NCBI GenBank assembly: GCA_035280245.1
Contig: DATEGF010000007.1
Location: forward strand, 660-32,659
DNA length: 32,000 bases
DNA from: Stellaceae bacterium
GTDB lineage: Bacteria; Pseudomonadota; Alphaproteobacteria; ATCC43930; CGMCC-115725
Direction of reading: 5' to 3'
Shown here: positions 16,109-24,575 of the stretch, piece after piece
How the letters are laid out: every line of letters starts with the position of its first letter
Position numbering within the stretch: position 1 is the stretch's first letter
Translations under genes and position numbers: made by a program
Notes under the pieces: generated by a model
The model's input: the letters and a program-made list of their open reading frames with translations, nothing else
Told to the model about the DNA's origin: nothing
The model's database searches: none

Positions 16109-16789
16109 ATGCACCCAGCCGCCTTGCCTCCCGACATCATCGACCGCGTCCGCGCGCGCCGCGGCCGACTGCACCCCTTCGACCGCCTCTCGCCGACGCG
16201 GACGGCGCTGGCGGTCATCGACATGCAGAACGCGTTCTGCGCGCCGGGTGCGGCGATCGAAGTACCGGTCGCCCGGAGTATCGTCCCCAACATCAACCGG
16301 CTTGCCGCGGCGGTGCGCGCGAGCGGGGGGATGGTCGTCTGGGTGCAGATGACCATCAAGGGCGAGGCCGACTGGCCCGTGTTCCTCTCGGCGCTCGTCG
16401 ATGCCGGGAACTCCACACGGATCCTCGCTGAGCTCAAGCCCGGGAGCGAGGGTCACAAGCTCTGGCCGGAATGCGAGGCGCTACCCGCCGATCTCGTCGT
16501 CGCCAAGAACCGCTTCAGCGCATTCCTGCCGAGCGCGTGCGATCTCTGTGCGACCCTGAGGGCGAGGGGGATCGAGTCCGTGCTGATCGCGGGCACGTTG
16601 ACCAACGTGTGCAGCGAATCCTCGGCGCGCGATGCCGCCATGCAGGACTTCAAGACCACGTTGGTCTCGGACGCGAATGCCGCGCGCTCCGACGACGAGC
16701 ACCTCGCCACGCTCATCACTTTCATCCAGTCCTTCGGCGACGTCCGCACCACTGACGAGCTCGTCGGGTTCCTGAGAGGCCAGTCGTGA
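16109..16789 (+). CDS. Isochorismatase-family cysteine hydrolase
   Basis: Catalytic triad contexts are present: ALAVIDMQNAF (Asp), VVAKNRFSAF (Lys), GTLTNVCSESSARDA (Cys). I prefer the ATG at 16109 because it leaves a 73-bp divergent promoter. The GTG at 16055 is an alternative start. Confidence 0.85.
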   Translation: MHPAALPPDIIDRVRARRGRLHPFDRLSPTRTALAVIDMQNAFCAPGAAIEVPVARSIVPNINRLAAAVRASGGMVVWVQMTIKGEADWPVFLSALVDAGNSTRILAELKPGSEGHKLWPECEALPADLVVAKNRFSAFLPSACDLCATLRARGIESVLIAGTLTNVCSESSARDAAMQDFKTTLVSDANAARSDDEHLATLITFIQSFGDVRTTDELVGFLRGQS

Positions 16790-17685
16790 GAAAAGTCATC
16801 GATCTCGAGTGCGATCTGCCGGTCGACGAGGCCGGCGAGCCGCGCAAGTTCAGCACCGAGAACCTGATGCCCGGCTACGGCGATCCCGAGCGGATGGAGC
16901 CGCCGCCCGGTTACGGCTTCGCCAACTACGAGCGCATCTTCACCCAACGAGCCCCCGGCGCGCCCAAGCCCAAGGGCATGAGCATGACCGACTTCGTGCG
17001 AATGATGGACGCGGCTGGCGTTGAGACGGGCGTGGTCGGCCGCGTGCCGAACGAGAGGCTCGGCGAGATCGTCCGGGCACATCCCGGCCGCTTCATCGGC
17101 ATGGCCTCGATCAGCCCGTTCGACGGCATGCGGGGCGTGCGCGCGTTCGAGCACGCGATCCGCGAGCTCGGCCTCGGCGGTTTGCGTATCGCGGCGCTCT
17201 TCAACATGGTGCCAGCGAGCGACCCGCGCTTCTATCCGCTCTACGCCAAGTGCGTCGAGCTCGACGTGCCCGTGCGCATCTACACCTCGATGAACTACGC
17301 CAACGACCGGCCCTATGACCTCGGGCATCCCCGCCACCTTGACCAAGTCGCGATGCATTTCCCGGAGCTTCGCATCATCGCGGGGCTGAGCGGCTGGCCG
17401 TGGATCGCGGACATGGTGGGCCTACTGCGCCGCCATCCCAACCTCTACTGCGACACCGCCGCGCACCACCCGCGCTATTTCGGCGTGAAGGGCTCGGGCT
17501 GGGAGCAGTTCATGCAGTTCGGCAATACGCTGCTGCAAGACAAGGTCATGGTCGGCCTGTCGCTCGGCTCCGTGGGCCTCCCCTACAAGGAAGCGATCGC
17601 CGAGTACGAGGCGCTGCCGCTCAAGGAGCGTGTCATCGAGAAGTGGCTCTACGAGAACGCCCGCCGGTTCTTCCGGCTAGGTTGA
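16786..17685 (+). CDS. Amidohydrolase-2 family protein
   Basis: 299 aa. The GTG start overlaps the previous stop (GTGA). The C-terminal half is typical of the family (LSGWPWIADMVGLLRRHPNLYCDTAAHHPRYF). Confidence 0.85.
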   Translation: MRKVIDLECDLPVDEAGEPRKFSTENLMPGYGDPERMEPPPGYGFANYERIFTQRAPGAPKPKGMSMTDFVRMMDAAGVETGVVGRVPNERLGEIVRAHPGRFIGMASISPFDGMRGVRAFEHAIRELGLGGLRIAALFNMVPASDPRFYPLYAKCVELDVPVRIYTSMNYANDRPYDLGHPRHLDQVAMHFPELRIIAGLSGWPWIADMVGLLRRHPNLYCDTAAHHPRYFGVKGSGWEQFMQFGNTLLQDKVMVGLSLGSVGLPYKEAIAEYEALPLKERVIEKWLYENARRFFRLG

Positions 17686-19788
17686 CGCTGAGGCGACAAC
17701 GGCCCGCGCGTCGGCCGCCACCGCACCCTTTCCCTCCGGGAGAACCAGCAGCGGATTGATGTCGAGCTCGAGCAAGCGGCCGTCGAGGGTGGCGGCGAGC
17801 TGACCGAGCTTCAGCAGCGCATCGACCACGGCGGCGATGTCGCGGCGCGGCTCACCGCGGAATCCTTGAAGCAGCGGCCACACGCGTAGGCGCCTCAGCA
17901 TGCGCTCGGCCGTCCCGGCGGAGAGCGGTGCCAGCGCCACCTCGACATCCCTGATGAGCTCCACGAGCACGCCGCCAGCCCCCACCATCACCACGGGCCC
18001 GAATTGCGGATCGCGCTTGGCACCGACGATGAGCTCGAGCCCGTCCGGCACCATCTCGGCGACGATGCATTCTTCGGCCGCGGGATCGAGGCGCTTCAAG
18101 ATGGCATGGACCTCGGCGAAGGCGGTCTCCACGGCGGCCCGGTCCCGAAGCGCCAACCGCACCAGACCGGCATCGCTCTTGTGCACGACGGTGTTGCTCA
18201 CGCCCTTGAGGACGACCGGATAGCCGATCGCGTCGGCGGCTCGCCCGGCCTCGGCCGCGCTGCGCACGCGCTGCTCGCGTGTCACCCGCAGACCGGCTCT
18301 TGAGAGCAGCGCCTTCGCCTCGGGCTCGCTCATATAGCCGGCGCGCAGGTCAGACAGTGCGAGCTTGGCCGCGGGAGCTTGGCGGTGCGGTGCTTCGGGT
18401 TTGTAGCTGAAATAGCCCTGGAGCAGTCGCAGCCCGTCGTCGAGCCGGTCGCAGTAGGCAAGGCCGGACTCCCGGATGATCGCGCGCACGCCGGTCGCGA
18501 CGGAGCCGGGCGTCACCACGAAGAGCACGGGCTTGCCGCAGGCCTTGAGTGCCTCGGAGAGGGCGGTGACCGACGCCTCGTAGTGCGGGGTGGTGGTGAG
18601 GGGAATCATGATGAGGCCGACGTCGGGATCGGCCGCGAGGGCCCCGACGATCGGGGCTGCGATGGCGCGCACCTCGCCCACCTCCTGCCGGCGCGTCCCC
18701 ATGTCGATGGGGTTGTCGCGGTGATCTGGCAACATCACCGGCGTCAGCGCGTCGCGGGTCGGCTCGCTGAACCGCGCCAGGCGCAGGCCATGATCTCCGA
18801 AGCGATCGACGACAATGCCGTTCATGCCACCCGAGGACGAGATGATGCCGATGCCGTCGCCGCGGCTTGGTCCGTTGCGTTGGATGAAGTCGGCGAGCAG
18901 CGCCATCACGTCGGGATCGTCGACCAGGATCGCGCCGGCCTCGCGGCACGCGGCTGCGAACACGGGATAGGCGCCGGCGAGGCTCGCGGTGTGCGAGCGC
19001 GCAGACGCCTGACCCGCCTCGCTGCGCCCGGCCTTGAGCACGATCACCGGTTTTCGAGCCTCACGCGCGCGCTCGAGCAGGGCGAGCAGGCGCCGCCCGT
19101 CCTGGATCCCCTCGATGTGGAGGCAGATCACTTTGGTAACGGGATCGTCGATCATGTGCTCGAAGAAGCCGCAGATGTCGAGATCGGCCTGGTTTCCGAG
19201 CGAGACCAGCTGACTGAAGCCGATGCCCTGATCGTGGGCGCGGTTGTAGACCGAGAGCATCAGCGCGCCGCTCTGGGAGAGCAGGCCGATATGGCCCGGA
19301 ATGATCTTCTCGACGTCGAGCACGCGCGCCGAGGTGAGCGCCATTCCATTCCGGAAATTGATGAGGCCGAGGCAATTCGGGCCAACGAGCCGCATGCCCG
19401 TTTCGGCGGAGATGCGAGCGATCTCCTCTTGTGCCGCGGCGCTGTCCTCGTCGCCCGCCTCGGCAAAGCCAGCGGTGATGATGACGCAGCAGCCAACGCC
19501 GGCATCGGCGCATTCGCGGACCATCTGCGGCACCGACGCCGCCGGCACCGCGATCACCGCGACGTCGATCGGCGGCGCATCGGCGATGCGCGGGTAGCAC
19601 TTGCGGCCCTGCACGACGTCGCGGCGCGGATTGAGCGGCACGATCTCGCCGGTGAAACCGTGGAGCGCCAGGTAGTGCATGATCCGGCCGCCCCACTTGT
19701 CGCGATCGTCGGAGGCACCGAAGACGGCGACGCGCCGCGGCTCGAAAATGCGGGCGATCGGGATGCGCGGCGCAGCTTTACCGGGCAT
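17677..19788 (-). CDS. ADP-forming acyl-CoA synthetase (acetate--CoA ligase family, fused CoA-binding/ligase-CoA + ATP-grasp)
   Basis: 703 aa. N-terminal CoA-binding domain (IFEPRRVAVFGASDDRDKWGG...), a succinyl-CoA-synthetase-like middle with a phospho-His context (ARSHTASLAG), and a C-terminal ATP-grasp domain (IGYPVVLKG...HKSDAGLV). Confidence 0.9.
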   Translation of the reverse strand: MPGKAAPRIPIARIFEPRRVAVFGASDDRDKWGGRIMHYLALHGFTGEIVPLNPRRDVVQGRKCYPRIADAPPIDVAVIAVPAASVPQMVRECADAGVGCCVIITAGFAEAGDEDSAAAQEEIARISAETGMRLVGPNCLGLINFRNGMALTSARVLDVEKIIPGHIGLLSQSGALMLSVYNRAHDQGIGFSQLVSLGNQADLDICGFFEHMIDDPVTKVICLHIEGIQDGRRLLALLERAREARKPVIVLKAGRSEAGQASARSHTASLAGAYPVFAAACREAGAILVDDPDVMALLADFIQRNGPSRGDGIGIISSSGGMNGIVVDRFGDHGLRLARFSEPTRDALTPVMLPDHRDNPIDMGTRRQEVGEVRAIAAPIVGALAADPDVGLIMIPLTTTPHYEASVTALSEALKACGKPVLFVVTPGSVATGVRAIIRESGLAYCDRLDDGLRLLQGYFSYKPEAPHRQAPAAKLALSDLRAGYMSEPEAKALLSRAGLRVTREQRVRSAAEAGRAADAIGYPVVLKGVSNTVVHKSDAGLVRLALRDRAAVETAFAEVHAILKRLDPAAEECIVAEMVPDGLELIVGAKRDPQFGPVVMVGAGGVLVELIRDVEVALAPLSAGTAERMLRRLRVWPLLQGFRGEPRRDIAAVVDALLKLGQLAATLDGRLLELDINPLLVLPEGKGAVAADARAVVASAST

Positions 19789-19791
19789 GGA

Positions 19792-20571
19792 TCAGCGTCC
19801 CCTGAAGACAGGTTTGCGCTTCTCGAGCATGGCGCGGATGCCCTCCTTGGCGTCCTCGGAGCCGTGGATCACGTGATACCAGCGCTCCGTCAGCAGCATC
19901 GCGCGATCGGGAGAGTCTCGGTACTGCGCGCGCACGGCCTCCTTGATGGCGCGGATCGGCAGCGGTGCGCCACCCGCGAGCTTATGCGCGATCTTCCCGA
20001 CCTCCTCGTCGAAGCTCTCGTCGGGGAAGACGCGCGTCACCAGGCCCCAGTCGTAGGCCTCCTGCGCCGTGATGTCGTCGCCAAGGAGTGCCGTGTCGAG
20101 CGTGCGGTTGCGCCCGAGGTAATGCACGAGCCGCGCATTCCCGAGGCCCCAGGTGGGTGCCAGGCCCAGGTAGACGTCGCCGGCGCGGAACTTCGCCGAG
20201 GCGGCGGCGAGCCGGATATCGCAAGGCCAGGCAATCGCCGTGCCGCCGCCAATGCACCAGCCGCGCACGGCGGAGATCACCGGCTTCGGGTGCTCCTCGA
20301 TGAGCTCGATCATGTGCATGCCGACGTCGCGCATGGCGGTGGCGCTGGCGGGATTGGTCTCGCTGCCGCTCTTGAGGTCGGCGCCCGCGCAGAAGGCGCG
20401 CGTGCCGGCGCCGCGGATCACGATGGCCCGGGTCGCGTCGCGCTCCTTGAGGGTCTCGAGCGCGGAGACGATGTCCTGGAGCAGGCCCATGGTCATGAGA
20501 TTGAGCGGCGGCCGATTGATGGTCAGCGTGGTGACGCCGCCGTCGTGGGCGATCAGGAGATCGTCGCTCAT
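19792..20571 (-). CDS. Enoyl-CoA hydratase/isomerase (crotonase) family protein
   Basis: 259 aa with a crotonase fold signature (AFCAGADLK...ISAVRGWCIGGG). It ends 3 nt before the acyl-CoA synthetase start. Confidence 0.9.
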   Translation of the reverse strand: MSDDLLIAHDGGVTTLTINRPPLNLMTMGLLQDIVSALETLKERDATRAIVIRGAGTRAFCAGADLKSGSETNPASATAMRDVGMHMIELIEEHPKPVISAVRGWCIGGGTAIAWPCDIRLAAASAKFRAGDVYLGLAPTWGLGNARLVHYLGRNRTLDTALLGDDITAQEAYDWGLVTRVFPDESFDEEVGKIAHKLAGGAPLPIRAIKEAVRAQYRDSPDRAMLLTERWYHVIHGSEDAKEGIRAMLEKRKPVFRGR

Positions 20572-20583
20572 CCCTCTACCTCT

Positions 20584-21351
20584 CTATTCCGTCGTCAGTC
20601 GGCGCAGTCCGCCAAGAAGATTGAGCACCGCCACCAGCACGATCGAGACCATCACCACCAGCGCCGAGACCGCGGCGACCGTCGGGTCGATGCGGTCCGA
20701 CATATAGCTGTAGATCCGCACCGGCAGGGTCTGCAGGCTCGGCCCGGTCATGAAGATGGTAGTGGTCACTTCCGAGAAAGACAGCAGGAAGCAGAACAGG
20801 AAAGCCGTGACCAGTCCGCGCGCCGACAGTGGCAGGGTGACTCGGAGCAGCATCCCGAGGCGGCTGCGGCCCAGGATCATCGCCGCCCACTCGAGCTCCT
20901 CCGGCACGGCGCGGAGCGTCACCTCGAGCGAGCGAATCGCGAAAGGCACCACCAGCACGACATGCGCGAGGACGAGACCCGAAAGCTGGTTGTAGAGCCC
21001 GATCCGATTGACGAACTGCAGCATCGCGATGCCGAAGACGACGGCGGAGACGAGAAGCGGTGCGGTGAAGAAAGCCTTCAGGGCGCCACCACCACGTGGC
21101 CGATACCGCGCGAGCCCATAGGCCGCGAGGAACGATAGGGCCACCGTGATCACCGCCGCCAACGTCGCAAGCTCGAAGCTGAGCCAGAACGCGTCGATGA
21201 AGCCGGGATAGGAGAGGGCTTCGCGGTACCAACGTAAGGAAAAATCGGTGAGTGGCAGCACGAAGGTCGCCGTCGGCGTGAACGACATCCACATGACCAC
21301 GGCCACCGGGGCGAGGACTACGACCAGCATCAGGATGTTGACGAGGATCAT
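20584..21351 (-). CDS. ABC transporter permease (PotC-like)
   Basis: Internal ATG at 21351 (MILVNILMLVVVLAPVAVVMWMSF...), 255 aa, multi-TM, with an EAA-loop-like ELEWAAMILGRSRLGMLLRVTLPL. The ATG overlaps the upstream permease stop (ATGA). Confidence 0.9.
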   Translation of the reverse strand: MILVNILMLVVVLAPVAVVMWMSFTPTATFVLPLTDFSLRWYREALSYPGFIDAFWLSFELATLAAVITVALSFLAAYGLARYRPRGGGALKAFFTAPLLVSAVVFGIAMLQFVNRIGLYNQLSGLVLAHVVLVVPFAIRSLEVTLRAVPEELEWAAMILGRSRLGMLLRVTLPLSARGLVTAFLFCFLLSFSEVTTTIFMTGPSLQTLPVRIYSYMSDRIDPTVAAVSALVVMVSIVLVAVLNLLGGLRRLTTE

Positions 21352-22211
21352 GGCCGGACGCTGCGCGCCGCCAGCAGCAGCCCCGCGCCGCGCTGGCCGA
21401 TCCACACCAGGGCCAGGGTGAAAGCCAGAAGCGCCACTGCGAGCGCGCCGCCGAGCGGCCAATCGAGCGAGACCAGGTTGACCTGATAGGCCAGCATCGA
21501 GGCCACCATGTTGCGGGCGCCGCCCAGCAGCATCGGGATCGCGAACACCGTCATGTTCATGATGAAGTTGATGACCAGGCCGGCGATGAAGGCCGGCAGC
21601 GTCATCGGCAGCAGCACGCGCCAGAAGACCGCGCTCGGGCGCGCGCCCAGCGTGCCGGCGGCCCAGGAGAGGGCGGGGTCGAGGCCGCTCAAGGCGACCC
21701 ACAGCGGCAGCAGCACGAACATGAAGTGGCCGGGTATCAGGGCAATGACGACGCCGGTCTCGTTGAGCATGAGCTTGAGCGGCGCAGGGATCACGTCGAG
21801 CGCGCGCAGGAGCGTGTTGACCATGCCGTTGGTGCGCAGCAGCAGGGTCCAGCCCAGCGCCTTGACCACGGTGTTGATGAGCCACGGGCTGATATAGGCG
21901 AGCAGGAACAGGGATTGCGCGCGCGTGCTCCGGCGCGAGACGAAGAGCGCGACGGGATAGGCGAGCAGGCCCGAGATCGCCGTCACGATGACGCTGATCC
22001 GGAGCGTGCGAAGCAGGACCTCGCCGTAGAAGGGATCGGCGAGGCGCGCATAATTTCCGAGCGTCCACTGCGCGCTGTCGATCCCCTGCGGCGTGTTGGG
22101 GTGGAGACTGTTGACCAGCACCTGCACCAGCGGCCAGACGAAGCCGACCACCATCACCAGCACCAGCGGTGCGACGAAGAGCCACGGCGCGCCGGTGCGT
22201 CTATCCAGCAT
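21348..22211 (-). CDS. ABC transporter permease (PotB-like)
   Basis: 287-aa multi-TM protein with an EAA-type loop (LSWAAGTLGARPSAVFWRVLLPM). Its start overlaps the ATPase gene's 3' end by 11 nt. Confidence 0.9.
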   Translation of the reverse strand: MLDRRTGAPWLFVAPLVLVMVVGFVWPLVQVLVNSLHPNTPQGIDSAQWTLGNYARLADPFYGEVLLRTLRISVIVTAISGLLAYPVALFVSRRSTRAQSLFLLAYISPWLINTVVKALGWTLLLRTNGMVNTLLRALDVIPAPLKLMLNETGVVIALIPGHFMFVLLPLWVALSGLDPALSWAAGTLGARPSAVFWRVLLPMTLPAFIAGLVINFIMNMTVFAIPMLLGGARNMVASMLAYQVNLVSLDWPLGGALAVALLAFTLALVWIGQRGAGLLLAARSVRP

Positions 22212-23268
22212 CGACGACCACTCCGTCCTTGGCGTCCCAACCCACGCTGACGGAAGCGCCGGGTTGAAGCTGCGCTGCCGCGGCGCTGGGCATCACCGCA
22301 GAGAGGCGCACCGCCCCGACTTTGACGCGACACTCGCTGCTGGCGCCGAGATAGATCACGTCCTCGATCTTGCCGGGAAAACGATTGTCGGTGCCAAGCT
22401 CGCCGGCGCTCACGCGGAGAACCTCGGGGCGCAGGATGAGGCTGGCCGGCGCCGCGCGCGACGTGCCCTCGAGGTCGGGCAGCCAGACCGCGAGCTCGCC
22501 CGCCGCCCGAGCGCGCCGACGGTTGTCGACGGTCTCGATGGCGCCGAGGGTGAGCTCGTTGATCGGACCCACGAAATTCGCGACGAAGCGGCTCGCGGGT
22601 GCGCGGTAGATCTCGCTCGCGCGGCCGATCTGCATGATCTTGCCGCCCTGCATCACCGCCATGCGGTCCGACATCGTGAAGGCTTCCTCGATGTCGTGGG
22701 TCACCAGCACCGTGGTGATGCCGATGCGCCGCTGCAGGTCGCGGATCTCGAAACGCATCTCATCGCGGAGCCGCGCGTCGAGATTGCTCAGGGGCTCGTC
22801 GAAGAGCAGCAGGTCAGGCCGGACCACCAGCGCACGGGCGACGGCGACGCGCTGTTGCTGGCCGCCCGAGAGCTGCGCCGGCAATCGTTCCGCCAAGGCC
22901 TCGAGCTTCACCATCGCGAGCGCGTCCCGAACCCGGGTGCGAATCTCTTCGCGGCCGACGCGGCGGCTGCGCAAGCCGAAGGCCACATTGTCGAACACGC
23001 TCAAATGGGGAAACAGCGCGTAGTTCTGGAACACCATCGCGAGGTTGCGCGTGTGCATCGGCGCATGCGTGATGTCGCGGCCGTTGAGCAGGACGCGGCC
23101 CGCCGTCGCGGGATGGATGCCAGCGATGACCCGCAAGAGCGTGGTCTTGCCGCAGCCGGAGGGGCCGAGCAGGGTGAAGAACTCGCCGCTCGCGACCGAG
23201 AGGCTCACGCCGTCGACGGCGGGGACCGTGCCGAACGTCTTGGCAACGTCGACGAGCTCGAGTGACAC
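22201..23268 (-). CDS. ABC transporter ATP-binding protein (PotA/MalK-like with C-terminal TOBE-type domain)
   Basis: Walker A GPSGCGKTT, signature LSGGQQQRVAVARAL and Walker B LLLFDEPLS are present. GTG start at 23268. Confidence 0.95.
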   Translation of the reverse strand: MSLELVDVAKTFGTVPAVDGVSLSVASGEFFTLLGPSGCGKTTLLRVIAGIHPATAGRVLLNGRDITHAPMHTRNLAMVFQNYALFPHLSVFDNVAFGLRSRRVGREEIRTRVRDALAMVKLEALAERLPAQLSGGQQQRVAVARALVVRPDLLLFDEPLSNLDARLRDEMRFEIRDLQRRIGITTVLVTHDIEEAFTMSDRMAVMQGGKIMQIGRASEIYRAPASRFVANFVGPINELTLGAIETVDNRRRARAAGELAVWLPDLEGTSRAAPASLILRPEVLRVSAGELGTDNRFPGKIEDVIYLGASSECRVKVGAVRLSAVMPSAAAAQLQPGASVSVGWDAKDGVVVDAG

Positions 23269-23293
23269 GGGTGACGACGCGGCGGAGCGCGAT

Positions 23294-24397
23294 CTACTTC
23301 TGCACCTCCCGCTGCAGCCGGTCCGACCAGGCCTGGCGGCTCTTCAGCACGGTGCCGTAGTCGATCTCGACGAGCTGCGCGAGCTTCTCCTTGCTCGGGA
23401 GCTTCGCCGCGGCGGCGTCGGAGAGCTTCACCTCGCGATTCATTACCGTCTGGCCGTAGGTCTCGGCGCGATAGGATTGCACCTCGGCGCTGATCCACCA
23501 GTTGACGAAGGCGCGCGCGCCCTCGGGGTTGGGCCCGCCCTTCATGATCCCCATGGCGGTCGGGCTCATGTAGACCGGCGAGGGCACGACATAGGCGACC
23601 GGGAGCTTGCGGGAGACCATGTCGAGCGCGCCGGCGATGCCGTGGATCGCGAGCGACGCGGTCTCGTCGGCGAGGAACTGGGACATCTTGGCGAAGGTGT
23701 CGCTCCAGTCGACCACACCCGGGCCGATCTTCTTCATGACCTCGAAGCCGGGCTCGATGTTCTTTTCGCCGCCACCGTGGGCGCGCGCCAGGATGATCAG
23801 CGTATAGAGCGCATAGACCGAGGAGGCCGGCGGGATCAGCAGCTGGCCCTGCATCTCCGGCCGCTCCAGGTCGGTCCACTGCGCGGGTGGGGCCCAGCCT
23901 TTCCTCGCGAATACATCCTTGTTGTAGATCAGGCAGAAGATGTCGCCGTAGGGCTCGACGCCGATGATCTGCCCGCTCTCGGGATCCTTGATCATGCCGG
24001 GCTCGTAGAGCTTGGCGAGGTTGGGCACGCCGTCCTTGTCGAGGGGGGCGTAGAGACCCTGCTCGATGCCGCCGAGCCAGGGCAGCAGGTCCGATTGCAC
24101 GACATCGACCTGGGGTTTGGATTTCTGTGCGATCGCAGTCGCCATGATCTCGACGCCGGTCGCCTTCGGCACCAGCACAACCTCGAAGCCGGTCGCCTCC
24201 GCGAACTTCTTCGACCAGCCATCGCGCTCCAGCATGGCCTGGATGGTGCCGCCCCAGGTGAGGAGGTAGACCGTCTTGTCGGCTGCGCGGCCGATCCGGG
24301 GTGCGAAAACTGCGCTCGCGGCACCGGCGATCAGCTTGGCGGCCGACCGGCGCGTCCAAAGACGCTGGTTCGATGGTTTGATCGTGTTCTGCGCCAT
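23294..24397 (-). CDS. ABC transporter periplasmic substrate-binding protein (family 1, PotD/PotF-like)
   Basis: Internal ATG at 24397, preceded by a strong GGGAGGAAAAA. The N-terminus has a Tat-like/Sec signal (WTRRSAAKLIAGAASAVFAPRIGRA|ADK). 367 aa. Confidence 0.85.
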   Translation of the reverse strand: MAQNTIKPSNQRLWTRRSAAKLIAGAASAVFAPRIGRAADKTVYLLTWGGTIQAMLERDGWSKKFAEATGFEVVLVPKATGVEIMATAIAQKSKPQVDVVQSDLLPWLGGIEQGLYAPLDKDGVPNLAKLYEPGMIKDPESGQIIGVEPYGDIFCLIYNKDVFARKGWAPPAQWTDLERPEMQGQLLIPPASSVYALYTLIILARAHGGGEKNIEPGFEVMKKIGPGVVDWSDTFAKMSQFLADETASLAIHGIAGALDMVSRKLPVAYVVPSPVYMSPTAMGIMKGGPNPEGARAFVNWWISAEVQSYRAETYGQTVMNREVKLSDAAAAKLPSKEKLAQLVEIDYGTVLKSRQAWSDRLQREVQK

Positions 24398-24575
24398 TTT
24401 TTCCTCCCGTCTTGCCGCGTACGGCGTTCCGAGGGAAATCTTAGCACCGGTCTTTTGCCGCGACGGAACAGATTTTCCTGGAGAGATGTGCCATTTCCGC
24501 GAGCGCTTGACCGCTTGCGCGGCCGTACAGTGTCGCTGAGAATGATGCTGGTCTCTTATTGCGGGCCGGGGCGCA

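Noticed and set aside
18379-21138. 919-aa ORF on the plus strand, the longest in the track.
   Set aside because: It runs antisense to three well-supported genes (acyl-CoA synthetase, crotonase, permease). Its translation is low-complexity and rich in R/A/G/D/H with no recognisable motif. Long stop-free antisense frames are expected in GC-rich DNA.
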